A DNA stretch of 63,132 bases, filler included, from Actinomycetota bacterium (GTDB lineage: Bacteria > Actinomycetota > CADDZG01 > JAHWKV01 > JAOPZY01), in NCBI GenBank assembly GCA_025963875.1. It is 8 parts of 8 records of this genome, joined end to end, with 100 filler letters (N's around TTAATTAATTAA, not from the genome) between each part and the next. Parts side by side here need not be neighbours in the genome. Positions count along the whole stretch, not along the records: positions 26,030 to 33,095 come from JAOPZY010000176.1; positions 33,196 to 38,556 come from JAOPZY010000179.1; positions 38,657 to 51,792 come from JAOPZY010000216.1; 5 more parts are not named here. One strand, given 5' to 3'. The first letter of the stretch is position 1; the number at the start of each line of letters is the position of its first letter. This document shows, piece by piece, positions 28,616 through 38,750 of this stretch. The notes under the pieces were generated by a model. That model was given only the letters and a program-made list of their open reading frames with translations. It was not told the DNA's origin and ran no database searches. A program made the translations under genes and the position numbers.

Positions 28616-29860
28616 TTACGGTGACGCGACCAGCGCGGCCCGGCGAATGACGCGGCGGTTGGTGGCCAGGCCCCACACCGCAGCGACGAGGCAGACGATG
28701 CCGCCGAGGACGATGGGGGCTCGGGCGCCCATGGTGTCGGCGAGCCAGCCGAGGATCGGTCCGCCGAGGACGATGGTGCCGCCGAGCACGAAGGTCTGCA
28801 GGGCGAGGATCCGTCCGTGGAGGGCCGGGTCGGCTTCGACCTGGATGATGGCGGTCGTCGAGGTCATGTAGAGGATGCTGGTCAGCCCCACGAGGAACGC
28901 GGCCGGGATGGCGACACCCACGTTGGGCACGGTGGCCAGGCCGAGCATCGTCAATCCGAGGGCGGCCGAGCCGATGACGATGTGGCGGATGTGGACCAGC
29001 CCCTTGTTGGCGATAACCAGCGCGCTCACGACCGCGCCGGCACTGAAGGTGGAGTAGAGCAGCGTGAACGCGCCGTCCCCGCCGTGTAGGGAACGGATGG
29101 CGAAGAGGGGCAGCGTGACGGTGAAGTTGTAGGCGAGCATCCCGACGGCACCGAGCATGACGAACGAAACCCAGAGGTTGGGGTTGTCGGCGACGTAGCG
29201 CAGGCCGGCGCGGATGTCCCCCCTGGCTCGAGGTCGCGGGGCGAGCCGGCGCAGCTCGGCGGGCCGCATCATCCACAGCGCGCCCAGGACGACCAGATAC
29301 GAGGCGGCATCGACGCTGAAACACCAGCCGTAGCCGACGGTGACCGCGAGCACGCCGGCCAGGGCTGGCCCGAAGATGCGGGCGACGTTGACGATCAGGC
29401 TGTAGAGGACGACGGCGTTGGGCCGATCCTCCGCCGGGACCATCTCGGTGACGAACGAGCGCCGCAGCGGGTTGTCGAAGGCCAGCAGGGTCCCGCCCGC
29501 CGCAGCGGTGACATACAGGGCCGCGAGCGGCGGGTGACGCATGAAGGCCAGCAACGCCAGCACGATCGACTCGACCATCTCGAGACCTTGGGTGACGAAG
29601 AGCAGGTTTCGTTTGTTGTGCCGGTCGGCGATGGCGCCGGCGCCGATCGAGAAGAGCAGGAGCGGGCCGTACTGGGCGGCCATGAGCAGCCCGATGGCCA
29701 GACCGCTGTGGGTGAGGTGCAGCACCAGCAGCGTCAGGGCCACGGTAGTGAGCCAGTTGCCGGTGTTGGAGATCGTCTGCCCGATGAAGAACAGACGGAA
29801 GTTGCGGGTTCGCAGTGACCCGAACGTGCTGCGGACGGTTGCGAGGAGTCGCTTTCTCAT
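28616..29860 (-). CDS. MFS transporter
   Basis: RNFRLFFIGQTISNTGNW, GAIADRHNKR, about 12 TM segments. Confidence 0.93.
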   Translation of the reverse strand: MRKRLLATVRSTFGSLRTRNFRLFFIGQTISNTGNWLTTVALTLLVLHLTHSGLAIGLLMAAQYGPLLLFSIGAGAIADRHNKRNLLFVTQGLEMVESIVLALLAFMRHPPLAALYVTAAAGGTLLAFDNPLRRSFVTEMVPAEDRPNAVVLYSLIVNVARIFGPALAGVLAVTVGYGWCFSVDAASYLVVLGALWMMRPAELRRLAPRPRARGDIRAGLRYVADNPNLWVSFVMLGAVGMLAYNFTVTLPLFAIRSLHGGDGAFTLLYSTFSAGAVVSALVIANKGLVHIRHIVIGSAALGLTMLGLATVPNVGVAIPAAFLVGLTSILYMTSTTAIIQVEADPALHGRILALQTFVLGGTIVLGGPILGWLADTMGARAPIVLGGIVCLVAAVWGLATNRRVIRRAALVASP

Positions 29861-29866
29861 ATACTA

Positions 29867-29895
29867 AGTCTAACCTTATAAGGTTGACCTTGCAA
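29867..29895 (-). promoter_or_regulatory. Housekeeping-sigma promoter with palindromic operator; leaderless MFS mRNA
   Basis: TTGCAA-17 bp-TAGACT-6 bp-ATG; palindrome AACCTTATAAGGTT at 29872-29885. Confidence 0.8.
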
Positions 29896-29938
29896 ATCCG
29901 CTCAGGGCCGGTCGCCAAGAATTCTCGGCCCCGCCGAG

Positions 29939-31075
29939 TCAGACGGCGGGCGCGACGTGCGGGGCGTAGCCCTTCTTCTCCAGCGCTGCGACGGCAACGC
30001 CGGCCGCCGCCTCGCCGTTGATCTCGAGGTGGATCGTGCCCCGGCCCCCCTCCGGGGAGTGTTGGATCGTCAGGCCCTCGATGTTGACGCCGGCCTCCCC
30101 CACCGTCGTCGTCACCTCGGCCAGCACGCCAGGGCGGTCCGGGACGGGGACGAGCACCTCCATCAGGGAGGCCGGTTCGAGGCCCGGCTTCTCCGGCAGG
30201 CGTGCCCGGCCCTCGCGGGCGGCGGCCAGTGTCGCGCGCAGCCCGTCCCAGTCCTGGCGGTCGATGAAGCCGGTCGTCGAACCGAGCGCGTCCTGGAAGC
30301 GGTGCAGCAGCGCCAGGACCGCCGAGCGGTTCTCCCGAACGATGTCGAGCCACAGATCCGGTGAACTGGCGGCGATCCGCGTCATGTCCCGGAACCCCCC
30401 GCCTGCCGCCAGGGGAAGTCCACCCTCGGCAGCCGTGATATCGGCGGCGAAACCCATCAGCGTCGAGGACACGAGCTGGGGCAGATGGCTCGTGAGGGCC
30501 AGCAACTCGTCATGGCGCGAGGGGTCGAGGGAGAGCACGTGCACGGCGAGGCCGCCCAGGAACTTGACCAGCCGGCCGTAGGCGGCGGGGTCGGTGTCCG
30601 CCGTGGGCGTGAGGATCCAGAAGGCGCCGCGGAACAGGTCCGCGTCGGCGGCTTCGACCCCCTCCTTCTCGGAACCGGCGATGGGATGACCTCCGATGAA
30701 GTGCACCCCCTCGGGCACGAGGGGGCCGATCTCCTGGACCAGCCGGCCCTTGGCGCTGCCCAGGTCCGTGACCACGGTGCCGCGCTCCAGGTGCGGCGCC
30801 ACCTCGCGGAAGGCCGCCGGGATGGCGCCCACCGGCATCGAAAGCACCACCAGGCTCGCCCCCTCGACCGCCTCGGCGATGGAGCCCGCCGCCTCCGTGA
30901 CCGCGCCGCGCTCGAGCGCCCGCCGAAGCATGCCGGGGTCGGCGTCCCAGCCGACCACCCGCTCGACGACCTTCTCGGCGAGGCTGGCCAGCCCGAGCGA
31001 GCCGCCCATCAGGCCCGTCCCCACGATGGCGAGCGTCTCCGGCCCAGCGGGGCTGGGCATTCGCTGGGCGGCCAT
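29939..31075 (-). CDS. tyrA: Prephenate dehydrogenase with C-terminal ACT domain
   Basis: IVGTGLMGGS, GGHPIAGSE, SHLPQ, GFRDMTRIA, PDRPGVLA. Confidence 0.94.
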   Translation of the reverse strand: MAAQRMPSPAGPETLAIVGTGLMGGSLGLASLAEKVVERVVGWDADPGMLRRALERGAVTEAAGSIAEAVEGASLVVLSMPVGAIPAAFREVAPHLERGTVVTDLGSAKGRLVQEIGPLVPEGVHFIGGHPIAGSEKEGVEAADADLFRGAFWILTPTADTDPAAYGRLVKFLGGLAVHVLSLDPSRHDELLALTSHLPQLVSSTLMGFAADITAAEGGLPLAAGGGFRDMTRIAASSPDLWLDIVRENRSAVLALLHRFQDALGSTTGFIDRQDWDGLRATLAAAREGRARLPEKPGLEPASLMEVLVPVPDRPGVLAEVTTTVGEAGVNIEGLTIQHSPEGGRGTIHLEINGEAAAGVAVAALEKKGYAPHVAPAV

Positions 31076-31437
31076 CAATCCGCGAGGTCGCTGCGAAGCT
31101 TCTTGGCGTCGCCGAGATAAACGTGGCGGACCGAGGACAGGGTGCGCTCGGTGTAGGCGTGCATGAGCACCCGGATGCAGCTTGGCATGGCCCCCTCGAC
31201 GTCCAGCTCCCTGGCGCACAGCAGGGGGACGTCGGAGATGCCGATGCCACGGGCCGCCTCCGCCGGGAAGACGGCGCGCAGATCGGAGGTGGCGGTGAAG
31301 ACGATGCTCACCAGGTCCTCGCGGGCCAATTCGTTGCGCGCCATCATCTCCTGGAGGAGTTCGGCCGTCGCCGAGAGGATCTCATCCTTGGTGTCCTTCT
31401 CGACGGTGGTCGCCCCCCGCACCGCTCTCAACCGCAT
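31075..31437 (-). CDS. aroH: Chorismate mutase, AroH class
   Basis: RAVRGATT, FPAEAAR, CIRVL, HVYL....LR.DL. Confidence 0.95.
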   Translation of the reverse strand: MRLRAVRGATTVEKDTKDEILSATAELLQEMMARNELAREDLVSIVFTATSDLRAVFPAEAARGIGISDVPLLCARELDVEGAMPSCIRVLMHAYTERTLSSVRHVYLGDAKKLRSDLAD

Positions 31438-31522
31438 CCCGGCACCCTCGCTCGTTCCCTCCGCACCTTCTCACAGCGGCGCCGGAGTGACACGACGATG
31501 GCTGCTACAGCGGGCGAGTCGG

Positions 31523-31570
31523 GAGGTTAGTAGGAAATCCCGCGTCGACGCGGGAAAACCTACTTACCTC
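31523..31570. repeat. 48-bp bulged palindrome (REP-like)
   Basis: GAGG-TT-AGTAGG-AAA-TCCCGCG-TCGA-CGCGGGA-AAA-CCTACT-TA-CCTC. Confidence 0.88.
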
Positions 31571-31586
31571 GTCGAGCAAACGCGCG

Positions 31587-32687
31587 TCAGGCCCATTGCC
31601 CGACGGACGCACCGCGCCCCGGCAGCAGCCGTGCAACGAGCTCTGCCTGGGAGTGCACCCCGACCCTGCGGTAGATGGCGGAGAGATGGTTCCGGACCGT
31701 GCTCTGGCTGAGGAAAAGGTCACGTGCGATCGTCGGCACGCGCTCGCCGCGCAACAGACGGCGGAGGATCTCGAGCTGGCGCTGGCTGACGTTTCGCAGT
31801 GCCGGTTCGCTCCACCACGTCTCCGCGGTGGCGGGGGCGTCACCGATCCCCGCTGCGGCCACCTCGAGGGCGATGCGCCACATGTGGTCCTCGAGGCGGG
31901 CGGCTCGCTGTGCTGCGGGCTCCTCCGCGGGTGTGTCCGGGGACCACATCGCCAGGGCAAAGTGAGGCTGGTGGTGGCCGCAGAGCGGGCTCAGCTCGCA
32001 CCGCACGGGCGTCCACTCACCGTCGTGGCGCCGCACTCGGACCCCCGTCGCGACCCCCCGCCGATCGATGCTGCTTCTCCCCGCTGCCAGCAACAGCAGC
32101 GGCGCGTCGTCGGGGTGGACGATGTCGTGCAAGGCCATCCCTCGGCATGTCTCAGGATCCAGCCCCAGCCTCGCCGCGGCATCGACGCTGACGTCGATGA
32201 GGCGCCATGCCTCATCCACCGTCCCGACGGCGAAGCGGGGGCGGTCCGGGGTGTGCATCGGCTCCACCGGAACCGTGGGACTGCCGGGAGGGAGGGCGAC
32301 GACAAACGCCTTGCCAGGGCTGAGGTCGTCGCCGACGCAGCGCAGCCATCGTTCGACATCGAGGGATTCTCGACCCGGCAGCTGCCAACACCCCGGGCCC
32401 TCGAAGAACCGGATCGCGCCCGCCGCCATACCCGAAAGGACCGACTCGATGAACGTACGGTTCTGGGGAGGGACCAGGGTGAAGAAATCGAGTCCCTTCA
32501 CCTCCGTCACGTCGAGATGGATCAAGTCGGCGAAGGCTGGGTTTGCCTCAACGAGCCGCTTGGTGGGCATGTCGAGCACGGCACAGGGCATATCCGCTGC
32601 TAGGAGCGACCCCTCGGCATCGGCGGCCTGCACCCCGAGCACGGACTCGTACGTGGTGGTCATGACATCGTCAGCGTGAGTCACCAT
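31587..32687 (-). CDS. PAS-PAS-LuxR transcriptional regulator
   Basis: ANPAFADL and IVHPDD PAS motifs; IARDLFLSQSTVRNHLSAIYRRVGV LuxR HTH. Confidence 0.88.
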   Translation of the reverse strand: MVTHADDVMTTTYESVLGVQAADAEGSLLAADMPCAVLDMPTKRLVEANPAFADLIHLDVTEVKGLDFFTLVPPQNRTFIESVLSGMAAGAIRFFEGPGCWQLPGRESLDVERWLRCVGDDLSPGKAFVVALPPGSPTVPVEPMHTPDRPRFAVGTVDEAWRLIDVSVDAAARLGLDPETCRGMALHDIVHPDDAPLLLLAAGRSSIDRRGVATGVRVRRHDGEWTPVRCELSPLCGHHQPHFALAMWSPDTPAEEPAAQRAARLEDHMWRIALEVAAAGIGDAPATAETWWSEPALRNVSQRQLEILRRLLRGERVPTIARDLFLSQSTVRNHLSAIYRRVGVHSQAELVARLLPGRGASVGQWA

Positions 32688-32850
32688 TTCTTCCCCCTCT
32701 CTGCACCGCAGCGCGCGGAGCGGCCCCAGGACAAGTGCCGGACCGGACGCCAGGGCGGGCGGCCGGGGGCGCTCGGCGAGCGAAGCGTCGGCGAGTCGGG
32801 CACCGGCAGGCACCCATCGGGCGTAGCAGAACGGACATGGCGCAGGGAGC

Positions 32851-33095
32851 TCACGGGTACGCCCCCTTGAGGGGCGCCTCGGGAAGGAGCGAGTCGAGGA
32901 AGGACGAGACACCGCGCCAGGTATCGAGCGACCAGGTGACGACCCCGGGCGCCTGGCTCCTCAGCAGTCCCCGCAGGGCCGACCCAGGACCGGTCTCCAG
33001 GAACGTGCAGGGCTGGAGCGTCAACAGCGTGGCGACGGCATCCGTCCAGCGCACTGGCCGGGTCATCTGCCGGGCAAGCAGGGGCCGATACTCCT
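32851..33095 (-). CDS. Acyltransferase (FabD/PKS-AT-like), C-terminal fragment
   Basis: QMTRPVRW...FLETGPGSALRGL. Confidence 0.75.
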
Positions 33096-33226
33096 NNNNN
33101 NNNNNNNNNNNNNNNNNNNNNNNNNNNNNNNNNNNNNNNTTAATTAATTAANNNNNNNNNNNNNNNNNNNNNNNNNNNNNNNNNNNNNNNNNNNNATGGC
33201 GCGGTAGAAATAACAAGGATATTTAG

Positions 33227-33715
33227 GTGTCGGATACGACGGCGGCGGAGGAGATCGAGACCGGGGTGGCCCAACTCACCGCGTGGCTGGCGGCGGTGGA
33301 TCCCGCGGCGCTCTACGAAGCGCCCAGCCCCGGTGAGTGGACGGTCATGGAGTTGCTGGCCCACACGGTCGAGTTCCTGCGCTACTGGCCGCCCGTCATG
33401 GCGCGCATCGCCGCCGAGCCGGGCCTGTCCTTCGGCCGGGGCCTCGACGACGCCGACCGGACCGGCTACGTCCTGGCGCACGGCGGCGACCCCCTTGGGG
33501 GCATGGTCCAGGAGTTGAGCGCCGCCGGCGAGGAGGCCCAAGCCATCTTGGCCGCCATTCCAGCCGTCGGGTGGCAGGCCACCGGGGTGCATATGACCTG
33601 GGGTGAACTGGCCCTGCCCGAGATCGTGCGCCGCCTCCTGACGGGGCACTTGGCCGGCCACTGCGCCCAGGCGAAAGTCACCTACGACGCGGTCTCCCAC
33701 CGGGACGCTGTGTAA
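33227..33715 (+). CDS. DinB family protein
   Basis: PSPGEWTVMELLAH...HLAGHCAQ. Confidence 0.85.
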   Translation: MSDTTAAEEIETGVAQLTAWLAAVDPAALYEAPSPGEWTVMELLAHTVEFLRYWPPVMARIAAEPGLSFGRGLDDADRTGYVLAHGGDPLGGMVQELSAAGEEAQAILAAIPAVGWQATGVHMTWGELALPEIVRRLLTGHLAGHCAQAKVTYDAVSHRDAV

Positions 33716-33718
33716 CCC

Positions 33719-34549
33719 TTATTTGAGGAAGTCCATCAAAGCGCTGTTGACCTCATCGGGGTGCGTCCAGCCGATGTTGTGCGGTCCGCCCTCGACCTCG
33801 ATGAAGCGGATGTCCTTCACGAGGTCGGGCAGGCGGCGGCCAGTGGCGTCGATGGGCAGGATGCGGTCCTCGGTGCCCTGGACGACGAGCAGCGGCACGT
33901 CGATCTTGGGCAGGTCGGCCCGGAAGTCCGTCATCCAGGTCGGCACGCACGCGAGGGTGGCGTACGCGGAGGCGCCGGCCGCCACCTGGAAGCTGGCGTT
34001 CCAAGCCTCGTCGCTGATACGGGTGCCGTGGAGCTTGTCGACGTTGTAGAAGTTGTCGAAGAAGAACTTGAACCAGGCGTAGCGGTCCTTCTTGATCATG
34101 TCCATGAAGCCATCGAAGACGCTCTGCGGGACCCCCTTCGGGTTGTCCTCCGTCTGGAGCAAGAACGGTGGGATCGGTCCGAACAACGCGGCCTTGGTCA
34201 CGCGGTCCGAGCCGTAGGTTCCGAGATAGCGCGTGACCTCGCCGGTCCCCATCGAGAAGCCGGCCAGGACGGCCCCGTGCAGATCCAGCTTGTCGACCAG
34301 TGCCTTGAGATCGGCCGCGAACGTGTCGTAGTCATACCCGATGGTCGGCTGGCTCGAACTACCGAAGCCACGGCGGTCGTAGGTGATGACGCGATGGCCT
34401 GCCTCCAGGAGCACGGGGACCTGCTTTTCCCACGAGGCTCCGCTGAGGGGGTAGCCGTGGATGAGCACCACCGGCGCACCAGTGCCGTGGTCCTCGTAAT
34501 AGATCTCGATGCTGCCGGAGTTCTCCTTACCGACAGTGACGTAGGGCAT
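33719..34549 (-). CDS. Alpha/beta hydrolase, non-heme haloperoxidase (BpoA-like)
   Basis: HGYPL, YDRRGFG, GFSMG, D..LP, GGPH. Confidence 0.93.
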   Translation of the reverse strand: MPYVTVGKENSGSIEIYYEDHGTGAPVVLIHGYPLSGASWEKQVPVLLEAGHRVITYDRRGFGSSSQPTIGYDYDTFAADLKALVDKLDLHGAVLAGFSMGTGEVTRYLGTYGSDRVTKAALFGPIPPFLLQTEDNPKGVPQSVFDGFMDMIKKDRYAWFKFFFDNFYNVDKLHGTRISDEAWNASFQVAAGASAYATLACVPTWMTDFRADLPKIDVPLLVVQGTEDRILPIDATGRRLPDLVKDIRFIEVEGGPHNIGWTHPDEVNSALMDFLK

Positions 34550-34690
34550 TGCATCCTCCTGGTCGTGGGGCTCCCGAGGCCATCTCGTACATGCGAAATT
34601 GCCTTTCTAGGTAGCATCTGCCCGAGGATCCCTGACCACCCCACGCGTTCGCGTGGTCTTCCACCCCCATGCGGGAGCGCGGTCTCCACC

Positions 34691-35308
34691 TCAACCGCAC
34701 ACGGGATAGGTGAACTTCTGCGTGATGATGCGGGGAACGATCCTCCCGTTGGGGCCGAGGGCGTAGCCGGAGGGAGCGATGTACCCGTCCCATCCGATCT
34801 CGTAGTAGCCGGTGAAGATCGTGTACTCGGTGTAGTGGCCGGTCGGATTGCTCCTCAGGTTGATGCACCCACCGCCGTTGCCGCTGCCCGTCTGCACGGT
34901 CGTCGATCCCTGGCGCCAGCTTCCCAGGCAGTCCACGCGCACGACACCAGGAGAGACCTGGTAGCTCCGGTCGTCGTCCTTCGGCACGTAGGCCCGGACC
35001 TGGTGCCACGACCCGTTCTGCTGGTAGGAAACGGTGATGTTGCCGACCCACCACCAGCCGGAGGCAAAGGCGTCCCGACCGTTCCCCGAGGACCCGGACC
35101 ACGTCACTGATTGATTGCCCTGGTTCCGTCCCGAGATCGTCACAGCCCCCAGCCCGCTGCCGCACCCCGGTGATCCAAGCGTGAAGCTCACCTGCTGCCC
35201 GTTCCCGTTGGCGCCGGCGACTGCCGGCGTCAGGAGGGTTGCCGCGGCGGCGCACACGGCCACCAGGACTGTGGCATGCCGGACCCTTCTCCTTGTGGTC
35301 GCTTCCAT
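34691..35308 (-). CDS. Secreted hypothetical protein
   Basis: Arg-rich N-region, hydrophobic core and AxA-like cleavage site; GAGGAGG RBS; four Cys in the mature part. Confidence 0.75.
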   Translation of the reverse strand: MEATTRRRVRHATVLVAVCAAAATLLTPAVAGANGNGQQVSFTLGSPGCGSGLGAVTISGRNQGNQSVTWSGSSGNGRDAFASGWWWVGNITVSYQQNGSWHQVRAYVPKDDDRSYQVSPGVVRVDCLGSWRQGSTTVQTGSGNGGGCINLRSNPTGHYTEYTIFTGYYEIGWDGYIAPSGYALGPNGRIVPRIITQKFTYPVCG

Positions 35309-35416
35309 TTCCCAGCCTCCTCTTCGCCATCGTTTGCGGATGGCATGAGGCTAGGACTGGCCGGCATCCTCGTCATCAGAGCAGGCACCGAAGGCGTCTC
35401 AGGGTTATCCCTGAAC

Positions 35417-36361
35417 TCAGTGCCGGATGCGTGGGTCGACGATGCCGTGGAGCGTGTCGACCGCCAGATTGAGGACGACGAAGACCAGCGCCGACACCAG
35501 CACGCCGGCCTGGATGAGGGGGAGGTCGCGCTGGGAGATCGACTGGAAGACGAGCAGCCCGATACCAGGCCAGGAGAACACCGCCTCGACGAAGATGACG
35601 CCGCCGAGCAGATACCCGAGCTGCAACCCGGCCACGGTGAGCAGCGATGGCAGCGTGTTGTGGAAGGCGTGAAGGTAGAGGCGGGCCGGGGGGATGCCAC
35701 GGGCCCGGAGGGCCTCGATGTAGTCCTGGCCAAGCACCTCGAGCAGGGAGGAGCGGAACATCCGGGCGACGATGCCGAGGGGCACGAGGGCGGCCGTCAC
35801 GCCGGGCAGGAGCAGGTGCTGGAAGAGATCGCCCAGTCCCCCACCCCCGGCGACGTTCTGCATGCCGCCCGCCGGGAGGATGTGGCGTTGGGCAGCCAGC
35901 AGGATGATGAACACCAGCCCCAGCGAGTACTGCGGCGCAGACACGGAGAACAGCGACAGGGCATTGGCGATGGCGGCGCTCGGCCGCCCGCGGCGGAGGG
36001 CGGCGATCCCACCGATGATCACGCCGCCGAGGATGGCGATGGCGGCGGCGAACGCCGTGAGGATGAGCGTGTTCTTGAAGGCGTCGATGACGATCGGGCG
36101 GGCGGGGAGCTGGCGGGCAATCGACCGCCCCAGATCGCCGTGGAGCGTGCGAGACAGCCAGGCCCAGAACTGCACGATGACGGGCTTGTTCAGCCCGAGC
36201 TGGCGGGTCAGGGTCGCCCGGTCCTCGGGCGTCGAGGTCGGCCCCAGCAGCGCGGCAAGCGGATCCCCCGGCGTCAGCTTCAACGTGGTGAACACCACCA
36301 CGGAGACACCGAACAGGATGGGGATGGCCAGGAGCACACGGCGGTAGAGGAACCGGAACAT
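35417..36361 (-). CDS. Peptide/nickel ABC transporter permease (DppB-like)
   Basis: PGDP, GDLGRS, DYIEALRARG (EAA loop), FSWPGIG, DPRIR. Confidence 0.95.
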   Translation of the reverse strand: MFRFLYRRVLLAIPILFGVSVVVFTTLKLTPGDPLAALLGPTSTPEDRATLTRQLGLNKPVIVQFWAWLSRTLHGDLGRSIARQLPARPIVIDAFKNTLILTAFAAAIAILGGVIIGGIAALRRGRPSAAIANALSLFSVSAPQYSLGLVFIILLAAQRHILPAGGMQNVAGGGGLGDLFQHLLLPGVTAALVPLGIVARMFRSSLLEVLGQDYIEALRARGIPPARLYLHAFHNTLPSLLTVAGLQLGYLLGGVIFVEAVFSWPGIGLLVFQSISQRDLPLIQAGVLVSALVFVVLNLAVDTLHGIVDPRIRH

Positions 36362-37273
36362 CTAGAGACTCCCATCCGGCCGGCGCAACACGGACGTGAA
36401 CTGGATGCGGTCACCACGAAGGGACACGAAGCCGAACTCCAGCGCCCGGCCATCGGCCTGGTACAGCGTGCGCTCGAGGAAGAGGATCGGTGAGCCCTGT
36501 TCCACATCGAGCAGTTCCGCGATGAGCTCGTCCGCGAGCCGGGCCTCGGTGGAGAACTCGGCGATGCTCAACTCCACTCCGAGACGAACCTCGATCAGGT
36601 CGTAGAAGTCGAGGCTCAGATCGCCGTCGAGGAGCCCGCCGGCGAGGTCGGCCGGGAGGTAACTCGACCAGAGCGAGATCGGCGCCCCGTCGAGGATCAG
36701 CCGGCGCTCGAGGAACACCACATCCGAGCCGGGCTCCACCTGAAGCTTGTTGGCCACCGTCTCCCCCGCAGGCTGGAGGCAGGCCGTGAGCATGTCGATG
36801 GTGACCCGCCGGTACCCGTCCTCGATGCTCGCCGCCAGGGACTGCAGGCGGTCGTGCCGGTGGATGGCCTTTGCCACGACGATGAAGGTGCCGGCCCCCC
36901 GCGACCGCTCGATGAGGCCTTCCCGCCGCAGCAGGTCCAGTGCGTCGCGCATGGCGTTGCGGGTGGTGGCGAAGCGGACCGTCAGTTCTGCCTCTGTCGG
37001 GAGGAGCCCCCAGCCGTGGCGGCCGCTGAGGATCTCCATGCGCAGGAGATCCCGGATGTGCCGTGCCCGCTCGGCTCTCCTCACCGCCTTGCGTTGAGGC
37101 AGGGGTTCCAAAGAATGAGACGATCCTGGTGCATCGTTTCCTCGATGCGTCGCCGCCGTAACGCCCGCGTTCCGCCACTGCTTCTTGGTGTGAAAGGCCA
37201 AATCGCCTGTGGCAACGCGGTGGGCATGGGCACGCTCTGCCACCTTTGCTGGGACCGGATGATCCTTCAACAT
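36362..37273 (-). CDS. GntR/HutC (UTRA) family regulator; true start probably downstream of 37273
   Basis: LPTEAEL..RFATTRNAMRDAL...RSRGAGTFI plus UTRA domain. Confidence 0.88.
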   Translation of the reverse strand: MLKDHPVPAKVAERAHAHRVATGDLAFHTKKQWRNAGVTAATHRGNDAPGSSHSLEPLPQRKAVRRAERARHIRDLLRMEILSGRHGWGLLPTEAELTVRFATTRNAMRDALDLLRREGLIERSRGAGTFIVVAKAIHRHDRLQSLAASIEDGYRRVTIDMLTACLQPAGETVANKLQVEPGSDVVFLERRLILDGAPISLWSSYLPADLAGGLLDGDLSLDFYDLIEVRLGVELSIAEFSTEARLADELIAELLDVEQGSPILFLERTLYQADGRALEFGFVSLRGDRIQFTSVLRRPDGSL

Positions 37274-37329
37274 GCTTCAAAACTCCCTTCAGGTCAGCCC
37301 CTGACTCGAGGTCGGATCAAGAACCCGCC

Positions 37330-38556
37330 TCAGGCAGGGACTCCACTGGACAGTGCCGGCTGCATCAGGTGCCATTGAGAACGCTGCTGGTACGCCATGC
37401 CCACGTTGAGGGCGCTGGCGTCCTCGAACGGCCGGGCCGCGATCTGCAGGCCGAGCGGGAGCCCGGCGGCCGTGAACCCCATCGGCACCGAGATCGCCGG
37501 GTAGCCGACGGCGTTCCACACCGGCGTGAAGACGCTCGCGATCACCGAAGCGAAGTCGATGCCGTCGAGCGCCAGGGCGCCCACGCCGGTGGTCGGCGTC
37601 ACGACGATGTCGCACGTCTCGAACAGCGCGGCCATCGCCTGCGATCCCACCTGCCGGACTCGCTGGGCCTGCACGTAGTCGGCCCCCGTGAGGAGCGCAC
37701 CTGCTGCCATGACCTGGCGCGTCGGCCGCCCGTAGTCCTGCCAGCGGGTTTGCAGATCGTGGCGGTGGAGGGCGAACGCCTCCCCGGGCCAGCCGCACAT
37801 GGTGGCGGCGCTCATGGCCTCGTAGTGGGGGATGGCGACATCGATTACGGTGGCGCCGGCAGCGGCGAGCGCTGCGACCGCGTCGTCGAGGCAGCCGGGC
37901 AACACAGGGTCCACCGGGAAGCGGGCCTGGATCGTGCGGTCGACGCCGATGCGAAGGCCCGTGAGCGACCCGGGCTCGAACGACAGCTCGTCGACGAGGG
38001 TGCGCGGTGAGCACATGGGATCGGAAGGGTCGTAGCCGGCCATGACGGCGAGCATGAGGGCGCAGTCCTGGGCGCTGCGGGCCATGGGGCCGATGTGGTC
38101 GTAGGTGTAGCCGAGCGGTGTGCATCCCGACTTGGGGACCAGCCCGAAGGTGGGCTTGTGGCCGCTGATCCCGCACCATGCCGCGGGGCAGCGGATGCTC
38201 CCGCCGGTGTCGGTGCCCAGGCCGCCGAAGAACAGGCCGGCGGCGACGCCGCTGCCGGTCCCCGAGCTCGACCCGCCGGGCCAGGTGGTCGTGTCCCACG
38301 GGTTGCGCGGCACGGGGAACGGCTTGGTCGCGTCCGGCATGCCACACGCAAATTCCATCGTGGTCGTCTTGCCGAGGATCACGCTGCCGGCCTCCCGGAG
38401 ACGTTTGACCACGGGCGCGTCTCCCTGGTCGCCCCAGGCCGGGTCCAGGATGAGGCTCTGGGCCGTGGTGGGGCCGTCGTCGGTGGCGATGATGTCCTTG
38501 ATGCCGAGCGGGACCCCGTGCAGGGGGCCGCGGTCGTGTCCCGCGGCCAGCTCCGC
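37330..38556 (-). CDS. Amidase signature family protein, N-terminus cut
   Basis: GIKD, GGSSSG, GTDTGGSIRCPA. Confidence 0.94.
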   Translation of the reverse strand, partial: AELAAGHDRGPLHGVPLGIKDIIATDDGPTTAQSLILDPAWGDQGDAPVVKRLREAGSVILGKTTTMEFACGMPDATKPFPVPRNPWDTTTWPGGSSSGTGSGVAAGLFFGGLGTDTGGSIRCPAAWCGISGHKPTFGLVPKSGCTPLGYTYDHIGPMARSAQDCALMLAVMAGYDPSDPMCSPRTLVDELSFEPGSLTGLRIGVDRTIQARFPVDPVLPGCLDDAVAALAAAGATVIDVAIPHYEAMSAATMCGWPGEAFALHRHDLQTRWQDYGRPTRQVMAAGALLTGADYVQAQRVRQVGSQAMAALFETCDIVVTPTTGVGALALDGIDFASVIASVFTPVWNAVGYPAISVPMGFTAAGLPLGLQIAARPFEDASALNVGMAYQQRSQWHLMQPALSSGVPA

Positions 38557-38750
38557 NNNNNNNNNNNNNNNNNNNNNNNNNNNNNNNNNNNNNNNNNNNN
38601 TTAATTAATTAANNNNNNNNNNNNNNNNNNNNNNNNNNNNNNNNNNNNNNNNNNNNAGACGCCCTGGGGCGTCGGTTCGCCCGCCGGCGGCATCGGTATC
38701 CTTGCGGCGGCACCATCCAATTCACGACGACCGCGGGATCCGGGACGCGC

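Noticed and set aside
35340..35416. Hammerhead-like CTGATGA on the minus strand
   Set aside because: No paired GAAA core or three-stem junction found
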